From a virus, in IMG/VR virus record IMGVR_UViG_3300022925_002539, positions 37,580-101,579 of that record: DNA of 64,000 nucleotides; one strand, 5' to 3'. Within the stretch, counting starts at the first letter, position 1. The number at the start of each line of letters is the position of its first letter. The position numbers were made by a program, and so were the translations under genes. Positions 38,898-48,207 of this stretch are shown piece by piece. The notes under the pieces were generated by a model. That model made no database searches. It saw only the letters and a program-made list of their open reading frames with translations, and was not told where the DNA came from.

Positions 38898-39665
38898 ATG
38901 AGCAAACCTACAACAAAACAAAAAGAAGATCTTATAGAAGCATTTAAAGGTCCACATTTCTATACTATTAGACTTTGGGGATATGGTGCAGAAACATCCT
39001 ATATAAACATTTCAAAAGAAGCACATGATTTTTGGAAAGCACACACTGACGAACATGGTGACGGTGATGCAGTTCATTATGTGATTGAAGCAGAAGATAA
39101 AAGCCCAGAAGACGTAAACAAAGATGAAGACTTTGATGAGTTAGATCCTGCAACAATTCCACGTGAAGCAATGTTTATGCATAATGAAGAAGGTGAAGGC
39201 AGTACATATTACGAACCCTGGGACCAGTTTGATGCTACTTGGGGAGTAGCACAGGATGCAGCATATCTTACAGTAGAAAAAGTAGACAGTGCAGATTATG
39301 GTGCAATGATACTTGAAGAAGTAATAGAACACGAAGATTTAAATGAGTTTTTAAACAAGGTAGGTGAAGATAGTGATTGGGAAGTTGAACCTTATGTTCA
39401 AGATCATGGGTATGGTGATAGATTTCCAGAAAAAGGACAACATATATGTCAGTTTATGAGCAGTGAAAAAGGAACTTTCTTTGAAGCAGTTATAGAAACT
39501 GCTTTACCTTTTGATCAAAATCTGTTAAAATTTTCAATAGCAGAAGCACCTAATGGTGAAGATTTAGTATATGCAGTTGAGTATGATGGCGTTGAACTTG
39601 ATAATGGTGGCGGTGATACTAACGGTAAAGGATATTTTGCATATTTTTATGAACAGGAATACTAA
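38898..39665 (+). CDS. acidic hypothetical phage protein
   Basis: 255 aa; LWGYGAE, SSEKGTFF, GGDTNGKG. Confidence 0.7.
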   Translation: MSKPTTKQKEDLIEAFKGPHFYTIRLWGYGAETSYINISKEAHDFWKAHTDEHGDGDAVHYVIEAEDKSPEDVNKDEDFDELDPATIPREAMFMHNEEGEGSTYYEPWDQFDATWGVAQDAAYLTVEKVDSADYGAMILEEVIEHEDLNEFLNKVGEDSDWEVEPYVQDHGYGDRFPEKGQHICQFMSSEKGTFFEAVIETALPFDQNLLKFSIAEAPNGEDLVYAVEYDGVELDNGGGDTNGKGYFAYFYEQEY

Positions 39666-40231
39666 TGGAACGGCACATTCAATACATGATGCGACGTCTT
39701 AAAGAAGAAGAAGAAAAGGAAAAAAGTATGGCAGGTGAAAGATTAGATATAGATCCAGAAACAGGACAGGTTACAGGAATTCATCCATCTCCAAATATAA
39801 ATGAAATACTTAATGAACAAAGAGATACTGCTCTAAAAGAATCTCTCTCACAAAGTAAACGTATGATTTGGGTAACTTTCCAAAAAGAAGGTATCCATAT
39901 GTATCCTGGTGCAGACAAAGATCCTAAACTTGCAACAGGCGATTGGGATGATGTGAGTTTCTTAGGTTATCCACATAGGCATATGTTTCATTTTAAAGTT
40001 ACTATAGAAGTATTTCATGATGATAGAGAAATAGAGTTTATACAGTTTAGTCGTTGGTTACAAAGATTGTTTAATGAAGATGTTGTACAACTGGATTACA
40101 AATCCTGTGAAATGATAGCAGATGATATGATTATAGAAATACGTAAACGTTATGGCACAAACAGAGATGTTGTTATAGAAGTAAGTGAAGATAACGAAAA
40201 TGGGTGTGTTGTAACGTATCCTGGGAGTTAA
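39665..40231 (+). CDS. QueD-paralog T-fold protein (DpdL-like)
   Basis: LGYPHRHMF (LxxxHRHxF), DREIEF, SCEMIA, VSEDNENG. Confidence 0.72.
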   Translation: MERHIQYMMRRLKEEEEKEKSMAGERLDIDPETGQVTGIHPSPNINEILNEQRDTALKESLSQSKRMIWVTFQKEGIHMYPGADKDPKLATGDWDDVSFLGYPHRHMFHFKVTIEVFHDDREIEFIQFSRWLQRLFNEDVVQLDYKSCEMIADDMIIEIRKRYGTNRDVVIEVSEDNENGCVVTYPGS

Positions 40232-40233
40232 CA

Positions 40234-41283
40234 ATGACAATTTATATAGTAGATATAGAAGCAGTTGATACTCGTTATACTAAGCAATGGAAAGAGCATC
40301 TTCCTAAACAACTTCAACGTGCTACTAACGTAGACGTAAAAGTTATAAGTGGAGGTGAAGTACCGCAATCTACTACACCAGGTGCATTTTTAAACTTTGG
40401 CGGAACGAACATATATAAGAGTAAGCAACTTGAACAAATAGGAGAAATGTTCTGTGCCGGCTCTATTAAAAATGGTGATTATTTTCTGTACACCGATGCT
40501 TGGAATCCTACAGTTATACAACTCCGTTACATGGCAGAGTTATTGGGTGTTAGGATTCGCATTGGTGGCATGTGGCATGCTGGTAGTTATGATCCGCAAG
40601 ACTTTCTAGGCAGATTAATTGGTGATAAGCCTTGGGTTAGAAATGCAGAACGTAGCATGTACGAATGTTATGATCACAACTTTTTTGCAAGTGACTTCCA
40701 TATAGATATGTTTGATGAAACATTCTTTATACAACAAGACAAAATACATCGTGTTGGTTGGCCTATGGAATATCTAAAGCATAGTTTAGATAGTTACAAA
40801 GGTATGAAAAAACGTGACCTTATTATTTTCCCACATAGATTAGCACCTGAAAAACAACCTGAAATATTTCGTGATTTAAAAGAACAGTTACCAGAATATG
40901 AATTTGTAATGTGTCAAGAACACAACCTCAGTAAAAATGAATATCATAATATGCTAGGAGAAGCAAAATTATTATTCAGTGCTAATCTGCAAGAAACACT
41001 GGGTATAAGTTGGTATGAAGGTGCTATTGTAGATACTATTCCTATGGTTCCTGATAGACTTAGTTACACAGAAATGGCTATGCAAGATTTCTTGTATCCT
41101 AGTATATGGACACAAGATTATAATAAATACTTGGAACACAAAAATTCAATTATAAATCAAATCAAAGATTATATGGAAAACTACGATAAGTTTCTTCCTG
41201 CTTTAAAAAACCAAGTTAAAAAATTAGATACACACTTCTTTAGCGGAAAAGATCTTTACAGTATAATAGGAAACAATAAATGA
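40234..41283 (+). CDS. GT-B glycosyltransferase
   Basis: FPHRLAPEKQPE, ETLGISWYEG..P.VPDRLSY.E (E-x7-E-like). Confidence 0.82.
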   Translation: MTIYIVDIEAVDTRYTKQWKEHLPKQLQRATNVDVKVISGGEVPQSTTPGAFLNFGGTNIYKSKQLEQIGEMFCAGSIKNGDYFLYTDAWNPTVIQLRYMAELLGVRIRIGGMWHAGSYDPQDFLGRLIGDKPWVRNAERSMYECYDHNFFASDFHIDMFDETFFIQQDKIHRVGWPMEYLKHSLDSYKGMKKRDLIIFPHRLAPEKQPEIFRDLKEQLPEYEFVMCQEHNLSKNEYHNMLGEAKLLFSANLQETLGISWYEGAIVDTIPMVPDRLSYTEMAMQDFLYPSIWTQDYNKYLEHKNSIINQIKDYMENYDKFLPALKNQVKKLDTHFFSGKDLYSIIGNNK

Positions 41284-41840
41284 GTAAACTTATTATTTTT
41301 GCTCCTAACACCGGTGGTAATCATATTGCAAACATTATAGGTGCAGGGCAAAATTTGGATAATTGTATAAACGATCAACTGTTATTACAAAATTATACTA
41401 ATAATAATAATATTAATTCTATTCATCATTTCAACAATTTATTTCTTCATCGTCAAACAAACATTAGAAATAATTGTATATACATAGGTCATTTAGATGA
41501 GGTATGGCAAAATTACAAAAAAATTAAAGGAATAATCCAAGACATTTTGATCATAACTATCCAAGGATATGCAACAAAAAAATTAAGAGGTTATTATACA
41601 TTAAGTTATTTAGAAGAAGCAGTTTATACAAAAGAATTTTTGGAAAATATTTTTCTGAATGAAAATTTATATACTATACCTTTTAATGATATCTTAAATA
41701 ATTTTGATGTGTTAAAATTTGTTTTAGATGATACACCTTTTCATATCGAAAGTAAGTACGAAAAACATCATAACTTATGGTTGAAAAATATTAAAAAAAA
41801 GAAAAATAGAATGCTGGTTAAAGAGGAAATACCAACATGA
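41280..41840 (+). CDS. hypothetical protein (visibly very AT-rich)
   Basis: 186-aa Asn/Ile-rich ORF, ATGA-coupled on both sides. Confidence 0.6.
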   Translation: MSKLIIFAPNTGGNHIANIIGAGQNLDNCINDQLLLQNYTNNNNINSIHHFNNLFLHRQTNIRNNCIYIGHLDEVWQNYKKIKGIIQDILIITIQGYATKKLRGYYTLSYLEEAVYTKEFLENIFLNENLYTIPFNDILNNFDVLKFVLDDTPFHIESKYEKHHNLWLKNIKKKKNRMLVKEEIPT

Positions 41841-43054
41841 AAATAGCATTTATTGGTTGTGGTAAATTAGGATTACCATGTGCTGAAGAAATAGCTAAAA
41901 AAGGACACACTGTTACAGGGTATGATATTGCAAAAGTTACTAGCGAACTAGTAGATATAAAACCGTCTATTGAACAAGCAGTACAAGATGCAAAAATAGT
42001 ATTCGTTGCAGTACCAACGCCACATAAACCTGAATATGATGGAAGATTACCTACAGCACATTTACCACCTGAAGATTTTAGTTATAGTATAGTTACACAA
42101 GTATTAACTGAAACAAACAAGCATATGGACAAAAGTCAATTGTTATGTTTAATATCTACAGTTATACCTGGCACTGTAAGAAGTATATTAGAACCATTAT
42201 GCACAAACACTCGTTTTGTTTACAACCCTTACTTAATTGCAATGGGTAGTGTAGCATGGGATATGGTTAATCCTGAAATGGTTATGATAGGAACAGAAGA
42301 TGGTACAGAAACTGGTGATGCAAAAGAATTAGTTGACTTTTACAAAACTATTATGGAAAATGACCCACGTTATGAAATAGGAACTTGGGACGAATGTGAA
42401 TGCATTAAAGTTTTTTATAATACATTTATAAGTGCAAAATTAAGTTTAGTCAATATGATACAAGATGTAGCAATGAAACAAGGCAATATAAATGCTGACG
42501 TTGTCTGCAATGCACTAGCACATAGTACAAAACGTATTATGGGCCCACAATATATGACACCAGGCATGGGAGATGGAGGTGCATGCCATCCTAGAGATAA
42601 TATAGCATTAAGATATATGGCACAGAAACTAAATTTAGGTTATGATTTATTTGATAGCATAATGAATGCAAGAGAAAAACAAGCACAAAATATAGCAGAG
42701 TTTTTAGTTAGCAAAGCAAAAGAAACTGATTTACCTGTACTAATACATGGTGTAGCATACAAACCTAATGTTGAATACCAAGACGGTAGTTATAGTGTTC
42801 TTGTTGCACACTATTGTGAAAAACTAGGTTACCATCCAATTATGGTAGATCCTATGACTCATCCTTTAAAAGGGCCTTTTAAAGCAGTTGCACTATTAGG
42901 TCATAGTGCTGAAACTACATATAGATACACCAATCAAAAATACAAAGATCAACTGTATTGTTATTTAGAACCAGGAAGTATAATTGTTGATCCTTGGCGA
43001 AAATTTAATAGTTCAGAATTTGAAGTAGTACATTATGGCAACACACGGAAATAG
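41837..43054 (+). CDS. UDP-glucose/GDP-mannose dehydrogenase family protein
   Basis: GCGKLG Rossmann, VAVPTP, STVIPGT, YNP, GDGGACHPRD, AYKP. Confidence 0.92.
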   Translation: MKIAFIGCGKLGLPCAEEIAKKGHTVTGYDIAKVTSELVDIKPSIEQAVQDAKIVFVAVPTPHKPEYDGRLPTAHLPPEDFSYSIVTQVLTETNKHMDKSQLLCLISTVIPGTVRSILEPLCTNTRFVYNPYLIAMGSVAWDMVNPEMVMIGTEDGTETGDAKELVDFYKTIMENDPRYEIGTWDECECIKVFYNTFISAKLSLVNMIQDVAMKQGNINADVVCNALAHSTKRIMGPQYMTPGMGDGGACHPRDNIALRYMAQKLNLGYDLFDSIMNAREKQAQNIAEFLVSKAKETDLPVLIHGVAYKPNVEYQDGSYSVLVAHYCEKLGYHPIMVDPMTHPLKGPFKAVALLGHSAETTYRYTNQKYKDQLYCYLEPGSIIVDPWRKFNSSEFEVVHYGNTRK

Positions 43055-43598
43055 ACATTTAGGTTCAGTTGTAATCCAAGACTATGGAAATTGGCATAGA
43101 GGATATATGAATCCTTTTTGGAGTAAAAACAGTTATACTAAATTAGACTATAAAAGACAACCTTTCAACAATACTAGTGATTTGAAAAAATGGCACAATC
43201 AAGGTTATACACACAAATATTATACAGGTTTATTATGTGATATGAATTCAGAACAACCTAAATATGTACCAGACTTTATAAATTGGTTTGCAAAAACATA
43301 TAATGCAAAGAACATAGGTGTTAGTTTTTATGAAATGCCCACAGGTGTAATACTACCAACTCATAAAGATACTTTCAAAAAGTATAGAAGTATATTTAAA
43401 TGCAAACTAAAAGATTGTGTGAGAGCAATAGTCTTTTTAGATAAATGGCAACCAGGACATTTTTTTGAGATAGATGGTCATAGTATTACAAATTATCGCA
43501 AAGGTGATTTTATATTTTGGAAAGGCAATACGCCTCACATGGCCGCTAATATAGGAATAAAAACAAGATACACTATGCAAATTACAGGCCACAAATAA
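43035..43598 (+). CDS. 2OG-Fe(II)/cupin-like oxygenase
   Basis: LPTHKD, RAIVFL..WQPGH, PHMAAN, RYTMQITG. Confidence 0.7.
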   Translation: MATHGNRHLGSVVIQDYGNWHRGYMNPFWSKNSYTKLDYKRQPFNNTSDLKKWHNQGYTHKYYTGLLCDMNSEQPKYVPDFINWFAKTYNAKNIGVSFYEMPTGVILPTHKDTFKKYRSIFKCKLKDCVRAIVFLDKWQPGHFFEIDGHSITNYRKGDFIFWKGNTPHMAANIGIKTRYTMQITGHK

Positions 43599-43600
43599 AA

Positions 43601-44113
43601 ATGACATATAGAATAGGACATATAAACCCATGGTGGGATACTAGTTTTAAAGATCTAGACTATGAATATTATCCTTTAACAAACGATGAAGATGAGAAAA
43701 ATTGGATTTCACAAGGATACAAAGGCCTTACATTAAACGGTGGAATTTATAAAATGCCGAAACCTATGCCAGAGTATGCTAAACCATTTTTTACTATGTG
43801 GGACTGGGAAAATGTTGGTTTAGCATTCTATAGACAAAATACTTTAGAAGCATTACCTTTACATTTTGACAAATACACAAGTTATGTTAAAATGTTTAAC
43901 ATAAAAGATCCTAATGTTATATGGAGGTGTATAGTATTTTTAGAAGACTGGCGTAGTGGTCATTATTTTGAAATAGGAGATTCTGCACATTGTAATTGGC
44001 GTGCAGGTGATTATATTTGTTGGAATAATGACGAGCCACATTTTGCTGGTAACTTCGGAATACAACCAAAATATACAATGCAAATTACAGGTATGCAATG
44101 CGAAAACCGTTAA
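43601..44113 (+). CDS. 2OG-Fe(II)/cupin-like oxygenase (paralog of the upstream gene)
   Basis: LPLHFD, RCIVFLEDWRSGH, PHFAGN, KYTMQITG. Confidence 0.7.
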   Translation: MTYRIGHINPWWDTSFKDLDYEYYPLTNDEDEKNWISQGYKGLTLNGGIYKMPKPMPEYAKPFFTMWDWENVGLAFYRQNTLEALPLHFDKYTSYVKMFNIKDPNVIWRCIVFLEDWRSGHYFEIGDSAHCNWRAGDYICWNNDEPHFAGNFGIQPKYTMQITGMQCENR

Positions 44114-44700
44114 GTTTTGATCTCCTATTGGAGTTTGAAAAAGAAATTAGTATATATACAGGTGCACCTTATGTTGTTCTTACAGATTGTTGTACTCATG
44201 CCTTAGAAATGTGTATACAATACATAAGTCCAACTAAATTATCTTGTTCAGCACACACATATTTGAGTGTGCCTATGATGTTACACAAGTTAAAAATACC
44301 CTTTACATATAATCATAAACCATGGCAGTTTGAGTACCAACTTAAACCAAGTAATATTTGGGATAGTGCTAGAGCATTCGATCAGGGAATGTATAGAAAA
44401 GGTTCATTACAATGTGTCAGTTTTGGACACAGTAAACGTTTAGAGATAGGACATGGAGGATGTATACTTACTGATAGTAAGAAAGATTATATAACATTGA
44501 AACAAATGGCGTTTGATGGTAGAGATCTTAATGTTAGCCCATGGCAAAACCAAAAAGAATTTAGAATTGGTTATCATTATTACATGAGATTAGAAGATGC
44601 ACAAAAAGGACTTGATATGCTTCGTAATGGAAAATTGAATAGTAAAGAATCTCAAATAGTGAATTACCCTGATTGTAGCAACCTTAACATTAAAATTTAG
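44098..44700 (+). CDS. shortened DegT/DnrJ/EryC1/StrS PLP aminotransferase
   Basis: FEKEI..YTGA, CTHAL, WDSA, SFGHSKRL (PLP Lys), GGCILTD, GYHYYM. Confidence 0.8.
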   Translation: MRKPLSFDLLLEFEKEISIYTGAPYVVLTDCCTHALEMCIQYISPTKLSCSAHTYLSVPMMLHKLKIPFTYNHKPWQFEYQLKPSNIWDSARAFDQGMYRKGSLQCVSFGHSKRLEIGHGGCILTDSKKDYITLKQMAFDGRDLNVSPWQNQKEFRIGYHYYMRLEDAQKGLDMLRNGKLNSKESQIVNYPDCSNLNIKI

Positions 44701-44714
44701 AGCGATATTATTTA

Positions 44715-45062
44715 ATGAGTACAAATATAATACCTTTCAAACCTAAAGAAATAGTAGAATATGAATTTAGGTTATCTGATAATGAAATCAACTTTATGGA
44801 TAGAGACAGTGTAAAAGCACTGCTCCCAGATATACTAAGCAGAGTTTTGGCAAGAAGTTGGATAGATGCTGAATACCGAGAACGTTTAGAAAAAGATGTT
44901 AAACACACACTAGCAAAAGGTGGAATATACTTGCCTGATGATTATGAATGCCAATATGTAAAAACAAGTGGACAACGTGCAAGAATTAGTATATTTGAAG
45001 TAAGTGGCAATTTAAAAGTAAAAGTTTGCAGTTTAAGTTTGACAATGGTAGCCACAAGATAG
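44715..45062 (+). CDS. protein with nitrile hydratase leader peptide (NHLP)-like domain
   Basis: VLARSWIDAEYRERLEKDVKHTLAKGGIYLP resembles ++ARAWxDxxF+xxLxxDPxxxLxxxG+xLP. Confidence 0.6.
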   Translation: MSTNIIPFKPKEIVEYEFRLSDNEINFMDRDSVKALLPDILSRVLARSWIDAEYRERLEKDVKHTLAKGGIYLPDDYECQYVKTSGQRARISIFEVSGNLKVKVCSLSLTMVATR

Positions 45063-45087
45063 TATACTAATAAAAAAGGTAAAAAAT

Positions 45088-45327
45088 ATGTGGTTTATAA
45101 TTAGTATGATTTATATGAATTCTGGAAACGTAGCACCTGAAATACTTGTGTACAAAACAGTTTACAAAGATAAAACAAGTTGCCAACGTATATATAAAGA
45201 CAACCCAAAACTATTCATAAACGAATTATCTAACCTTAAACCTCAAGCAAAAAGTATGTCAATTACATGTGTTAATGCAACACAGTTAAATGAACTAAAA
45301 ACACAAAACAAAATTAAAAACTTATAA
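45088..45327 (+). CDS. small hypothetical protein
   Basis: hydrophobic N-terminus, two Cys. Confidence 0.55.
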   Translation: MWFIISMIYMNSGNVAPEILVYKTVYKDKTSCQRIYKDNPKLFINELSNLKPQAKSMSITCVNATQLNELKTQNKIKNL

Positions 45328-45371
45328 AGTGACAGGTCTTAATGACACACCACTATAACTCGGAGAAAAAT

Positions 45372-46052
45372 ATGATAAGTGATATAATTAAGAAAAAACT
45401 AAAAAATGCCAATATAAGATATTGGGCAGGTGATAACATTAGTAGTGTACTCAACGAAGGTGATAAAGAAGCACTTATTGAAGAGCTTACTCCCAAGTTT
45501 GAATCAGTGTTAGATAGTTTAGTAATTGATAGACACAATGATCCTAATAGCATGGGAACTGGTAGACGTTTAGCAAAGATGTACGTTAATGAACTAATGT
45601 CTGGACGTTATAACCCTATGCCTAATGCAACTGCATTTCCCAATGATAGTATAGATAGATATGATGGCATGTTAGTAGTAAGAAGTGAACTTAAAAGTAT
45701 GTGTTCACATCATCACCAGCCAGTAACAGGTGTTGCATATATTGGAATAATAGCTGCTGAAAAACTTATTGGGCTTAGTAAATATACCCGTATTGCACAA
45801 TGGTGTGCTAGACGTGGCACACTACAGGAAGAACTTAACAATGTTATTGCTAATGAAATACAACGGGCAACACAGAGTGAACATGTAGGAGTTTATATAC
45901 AAGCAACTCATGGTTGTTGTGAAAACAGAGGTATTGGTGCCCATAGTAGTTTAACTCAAACAACTGTATTACGTGGTGCATTTAGTGATAATCCTAGTAC
46001 TAAAAAAGAGTTTATGGATAATATAAAACTACAACAAGAATTTGCCTGTTAA
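45372..46052 (+). CDS. folE: GTP cyclohydrolase I
   Basis: SMCSHHHQP, GLSKYTRI, QEEL, ATHGCCENRG; start moved to the ATG after GGAG. Confidence 0.95.
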   Translation: MISDIIKKKLKNANIRYWAGDNISSVLNEGDKEALIEELTPKFESVLDSLVIDRHNDPNSMGTGRRLAKMYVNELMSGRYNPMPNATAFPNDSIDRYDGMLVVRSELKSMCSHHHQPVTGVAYIGIIAAEKLIGLSKYTRIAQWCARRGTLQEELNNVIANEIQRATQSEHVGVYIQATHGCCENRGIGAHSSLTQTTVLRGAFSDNPSTKKEFMDNIKLQQEFAC

Positions 46053-46924
46053 TGATATCTACTAATAATGAATGGGACACATTAAAAAGTATATTTGTTG
46101 GTTCAGCATGGGGAGCAAATAAACCTCAAGGGTGCCATTTTGAAAAGACAGGTCCCTATCCTAGCATTGTGACTGCACAAGCAGATTTTGATTTAAATAA
46201 ATTGATTAATATACTACAGCAAGAAGGCGTACAAGTACATCGTCCAAAAAAGCATAGTTTTGTACCACACGGTATGTACAACTATTGTCCACGTGATAGA
46301 TTGCTCATTATTGGCAATACTGTAATAGATTGCAATATGCAATATTCTTGTAGGCAAGAAGAAATAAACTATATGCCTGAGGTAACAAAACATGGTGTAA
46401 TTAGTGTTCCTAGGGACGAAGGAATATTTTTTGATGCAGCAAACGTTTGTAGGTTAAATAACACTTTACTATACTTAATAAGTCCAAGTGGAAATGCAGA
46501 AGGTGCAAAATGGTTACAAAAACAATTTCCAAATCATGTTGTAGAAACTACTGAAACTTATAGTGGTATTCACATAGATAGTACCTTTGTTCCAGTAAGA
46601 AATGGACTAGTTGTAGTAAATAAGGACAGAGTATCAAGTAAGACACTTCCAAAGTGTTTTAAAGATTGGGACGTAATCTGGTTAGGTAAAGATGATTTAA
46701 AACAAAAAAGTTTTGTAGGCGAAGCATTTGCCAGTAATTACATACTATTAAATTTTTTAATGGTAAATCCAAAACTTGCAGTAATAGATGATTGTCCTAG
46801 ACTAGAAGAAGAATTAACAAAACATGGAGTAGTATGCATTACTGTTCCATTTAAACACAGTAGAACACTTGGTGGAGGTCACCATTGTGTTACACTTGAT
46901 TTGATAAGAGAGCCTAATGAGTGA
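46052..46924 (+). CDS. amidinotransferase (glycine/inosamine-phosphate type)
   Basis: NEWDTLKSIFVG, YCPRD, FDAAN, HIDS, GGGHHCVTLD; TAATG-coupled to folE. Confidence 0.88.
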   Translation: MISTNNEWDTLKSIFVGSAWGANKPQGCHFEKTGPYPSIVTAQADFDLNKLINILQQEGVQVHRPKKHSFVPHGMYNYCPRDRLLIIGNTVIDCNMQYSCRQEEINYMPEVTKHGVISVPRDEGIFFDAANVCRLNNTLLYLISPSGNAEGAKWLQKQFPNHVVETTETYSGIHIDSTFVPVRNGLVVVNKDRVSSKTLPKCFKDWDVIWLGKDDLKQKSFVGEAFASNYILLNFLMVNPKLAVIDDCPRLEEELTKHGVVCITVPFKHSRTLGGGHHCVTLDLIREPNE

Positions 46925-47102
46925 ATTCAAAATAAGACAAAAGCAAGAAAATGGAGTCATTAAACAAGAATTAATAACCTATCGTGTTGAAAGCGATGGA
47001 ATATTAAAAATTGAGACAGAGACTAGACAACTAAATGGCGATGATTGGCTAGATAGTTATAAGTCTGAGACTATCTCAACAAAAACACTGGGTGATGCAT
47101 AA
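46917..47102 (+). CDS. small hypothetical protein
   Basis: 61-aa ORF in operon. Confidence 0.55.
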   Translation: MSEFKIRQKQENGVIKQELITYRVESDGILKIETETRQLNGDDWLDSYKSETISTKTLGDA

Positions 47103-47136
47103 GTTAACGAACACCCTCTATGAGAAAGGAAAATAA

Positions 47137-48204
47137 ATGAAACTACTTCAACTATTGGCAGTACTTCTGTCAGTTATGTTTTTCAGTGTAGCACACGCTG
47201 GAGACAAAATCAAAGTAGGTTTTATCTACGTTGGTCCAATTGGTGACCATGGATGGACCTACAGACACGACATCGGAAGATTGGATGTCGAAAAACACTT
47301 TGGAGACAAAGTGGAAACTGTATATTTGGAAAATGTAAAATATGGTCCTGATAGTGAAAGAGCTATTAGAGCTATGGCAAAATCAGGTGCAGACATTATT
47401 TTTGCAACAAGTTTTGGTTATATGGAGCCTATGCTTAAGGTTGCTAAAGAATTTCCAAATGTAAAATTTGAACATGCTACTGGGTACAAGCAATCAAAGA
47501 ACATGGCAACTTATGGTTTAAGATTATATCAAGCAAGACACGTACAAGGTGTTATTGCTGGATTGATGACCAAAACTAATAAAATTTGTTATGTTGGAGC
47601 ATTTCCAATACCTGAAGTTATTCGTGAAATCAACACTTACTATTTAGGTGCTAAGACTGTTAATCCAGATGTTGACATTGACATTGTATGGGTAAACACA
47701 TGGTATGATCCAGGTAAAGAAGCACAGGCTGCAGACGTTATGATTGCTGAAGGTTGTGATATGGTTGCACAACACACTGATTCACCAGCACCTTTACAGA
47801 CTGCTGAAAAAGCAGGTGTACTTGGTTTTGGTCAAGCAAGTGATCAATACAAATTTGCTCCTAAGGCTCAATTAACTGCAACTATTGATAACTGGTCACC
47901 TTACTATATTAGTAAAGTACAAGCAGTAATTGATGGTAATTGGAAAACAGGTGATTACTTTGGACACATGAATGAAGACGTAGTACAAATGGCTCCGTTT
48001 ACAAACATGCCAGACAAAGTAAAAGCATTCGCACAAAAGATCAAAGATAGTATCAAGAACGGCAAATACTTTGCATTTACAGGTCCTATCAAAGATAATA
48101 CAGGAAAGATTCAGTTAAAAGCTGGAGAAATTGCTGATGATGCTCACCTCAATAGCATGATGTACTATGTTGAAGGTATTGATGCTAAAGTACCAGGAAA
48201 CTAA
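47137..48204 (+). CDS. BMP-family (PnrA-like) purine/nucleoside periplasmic binding protein
   Basis: signal peptide ending AHA, VGFIYVGPIGDHGWTYRH, ATSFGY, IPEVIR.IN, WYDPGKE, QHTDS. Confidence 0.9.
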   Translation: MKLLQLLAVLLSVMFFSVAHAGDKIKVGFIYVGPIGDHGWTYRHDIGRLDVEKHFGDKVETVYLENVKYGPDSERAIRAMAKSGADIIFATSFGYMEPMLKVAKEFPNVKFEHATGYKQSKNMATYGLRLYQARHVQGVIAGLMTKTNKICYVGAFPIPEVIREINTYYLGAKTVNPDVDIDIVWVNTWYDPGKEAQAADVMIAEGCDMVAQHTDSPAPLQTAEKAGVLGFGQASDQYKFAPKAQLTATIDNWSPYYISKVQAVIDGNWKTGDYFGHMNEDVVQMAPFTNMPDKVKAFAQKIKDSIKNGKYFAFTGPIKDNTGKIQLKAGEIADDAHLNSMMYYVEGIDAKVPGN

Positions 48205-48207
48205 AAA

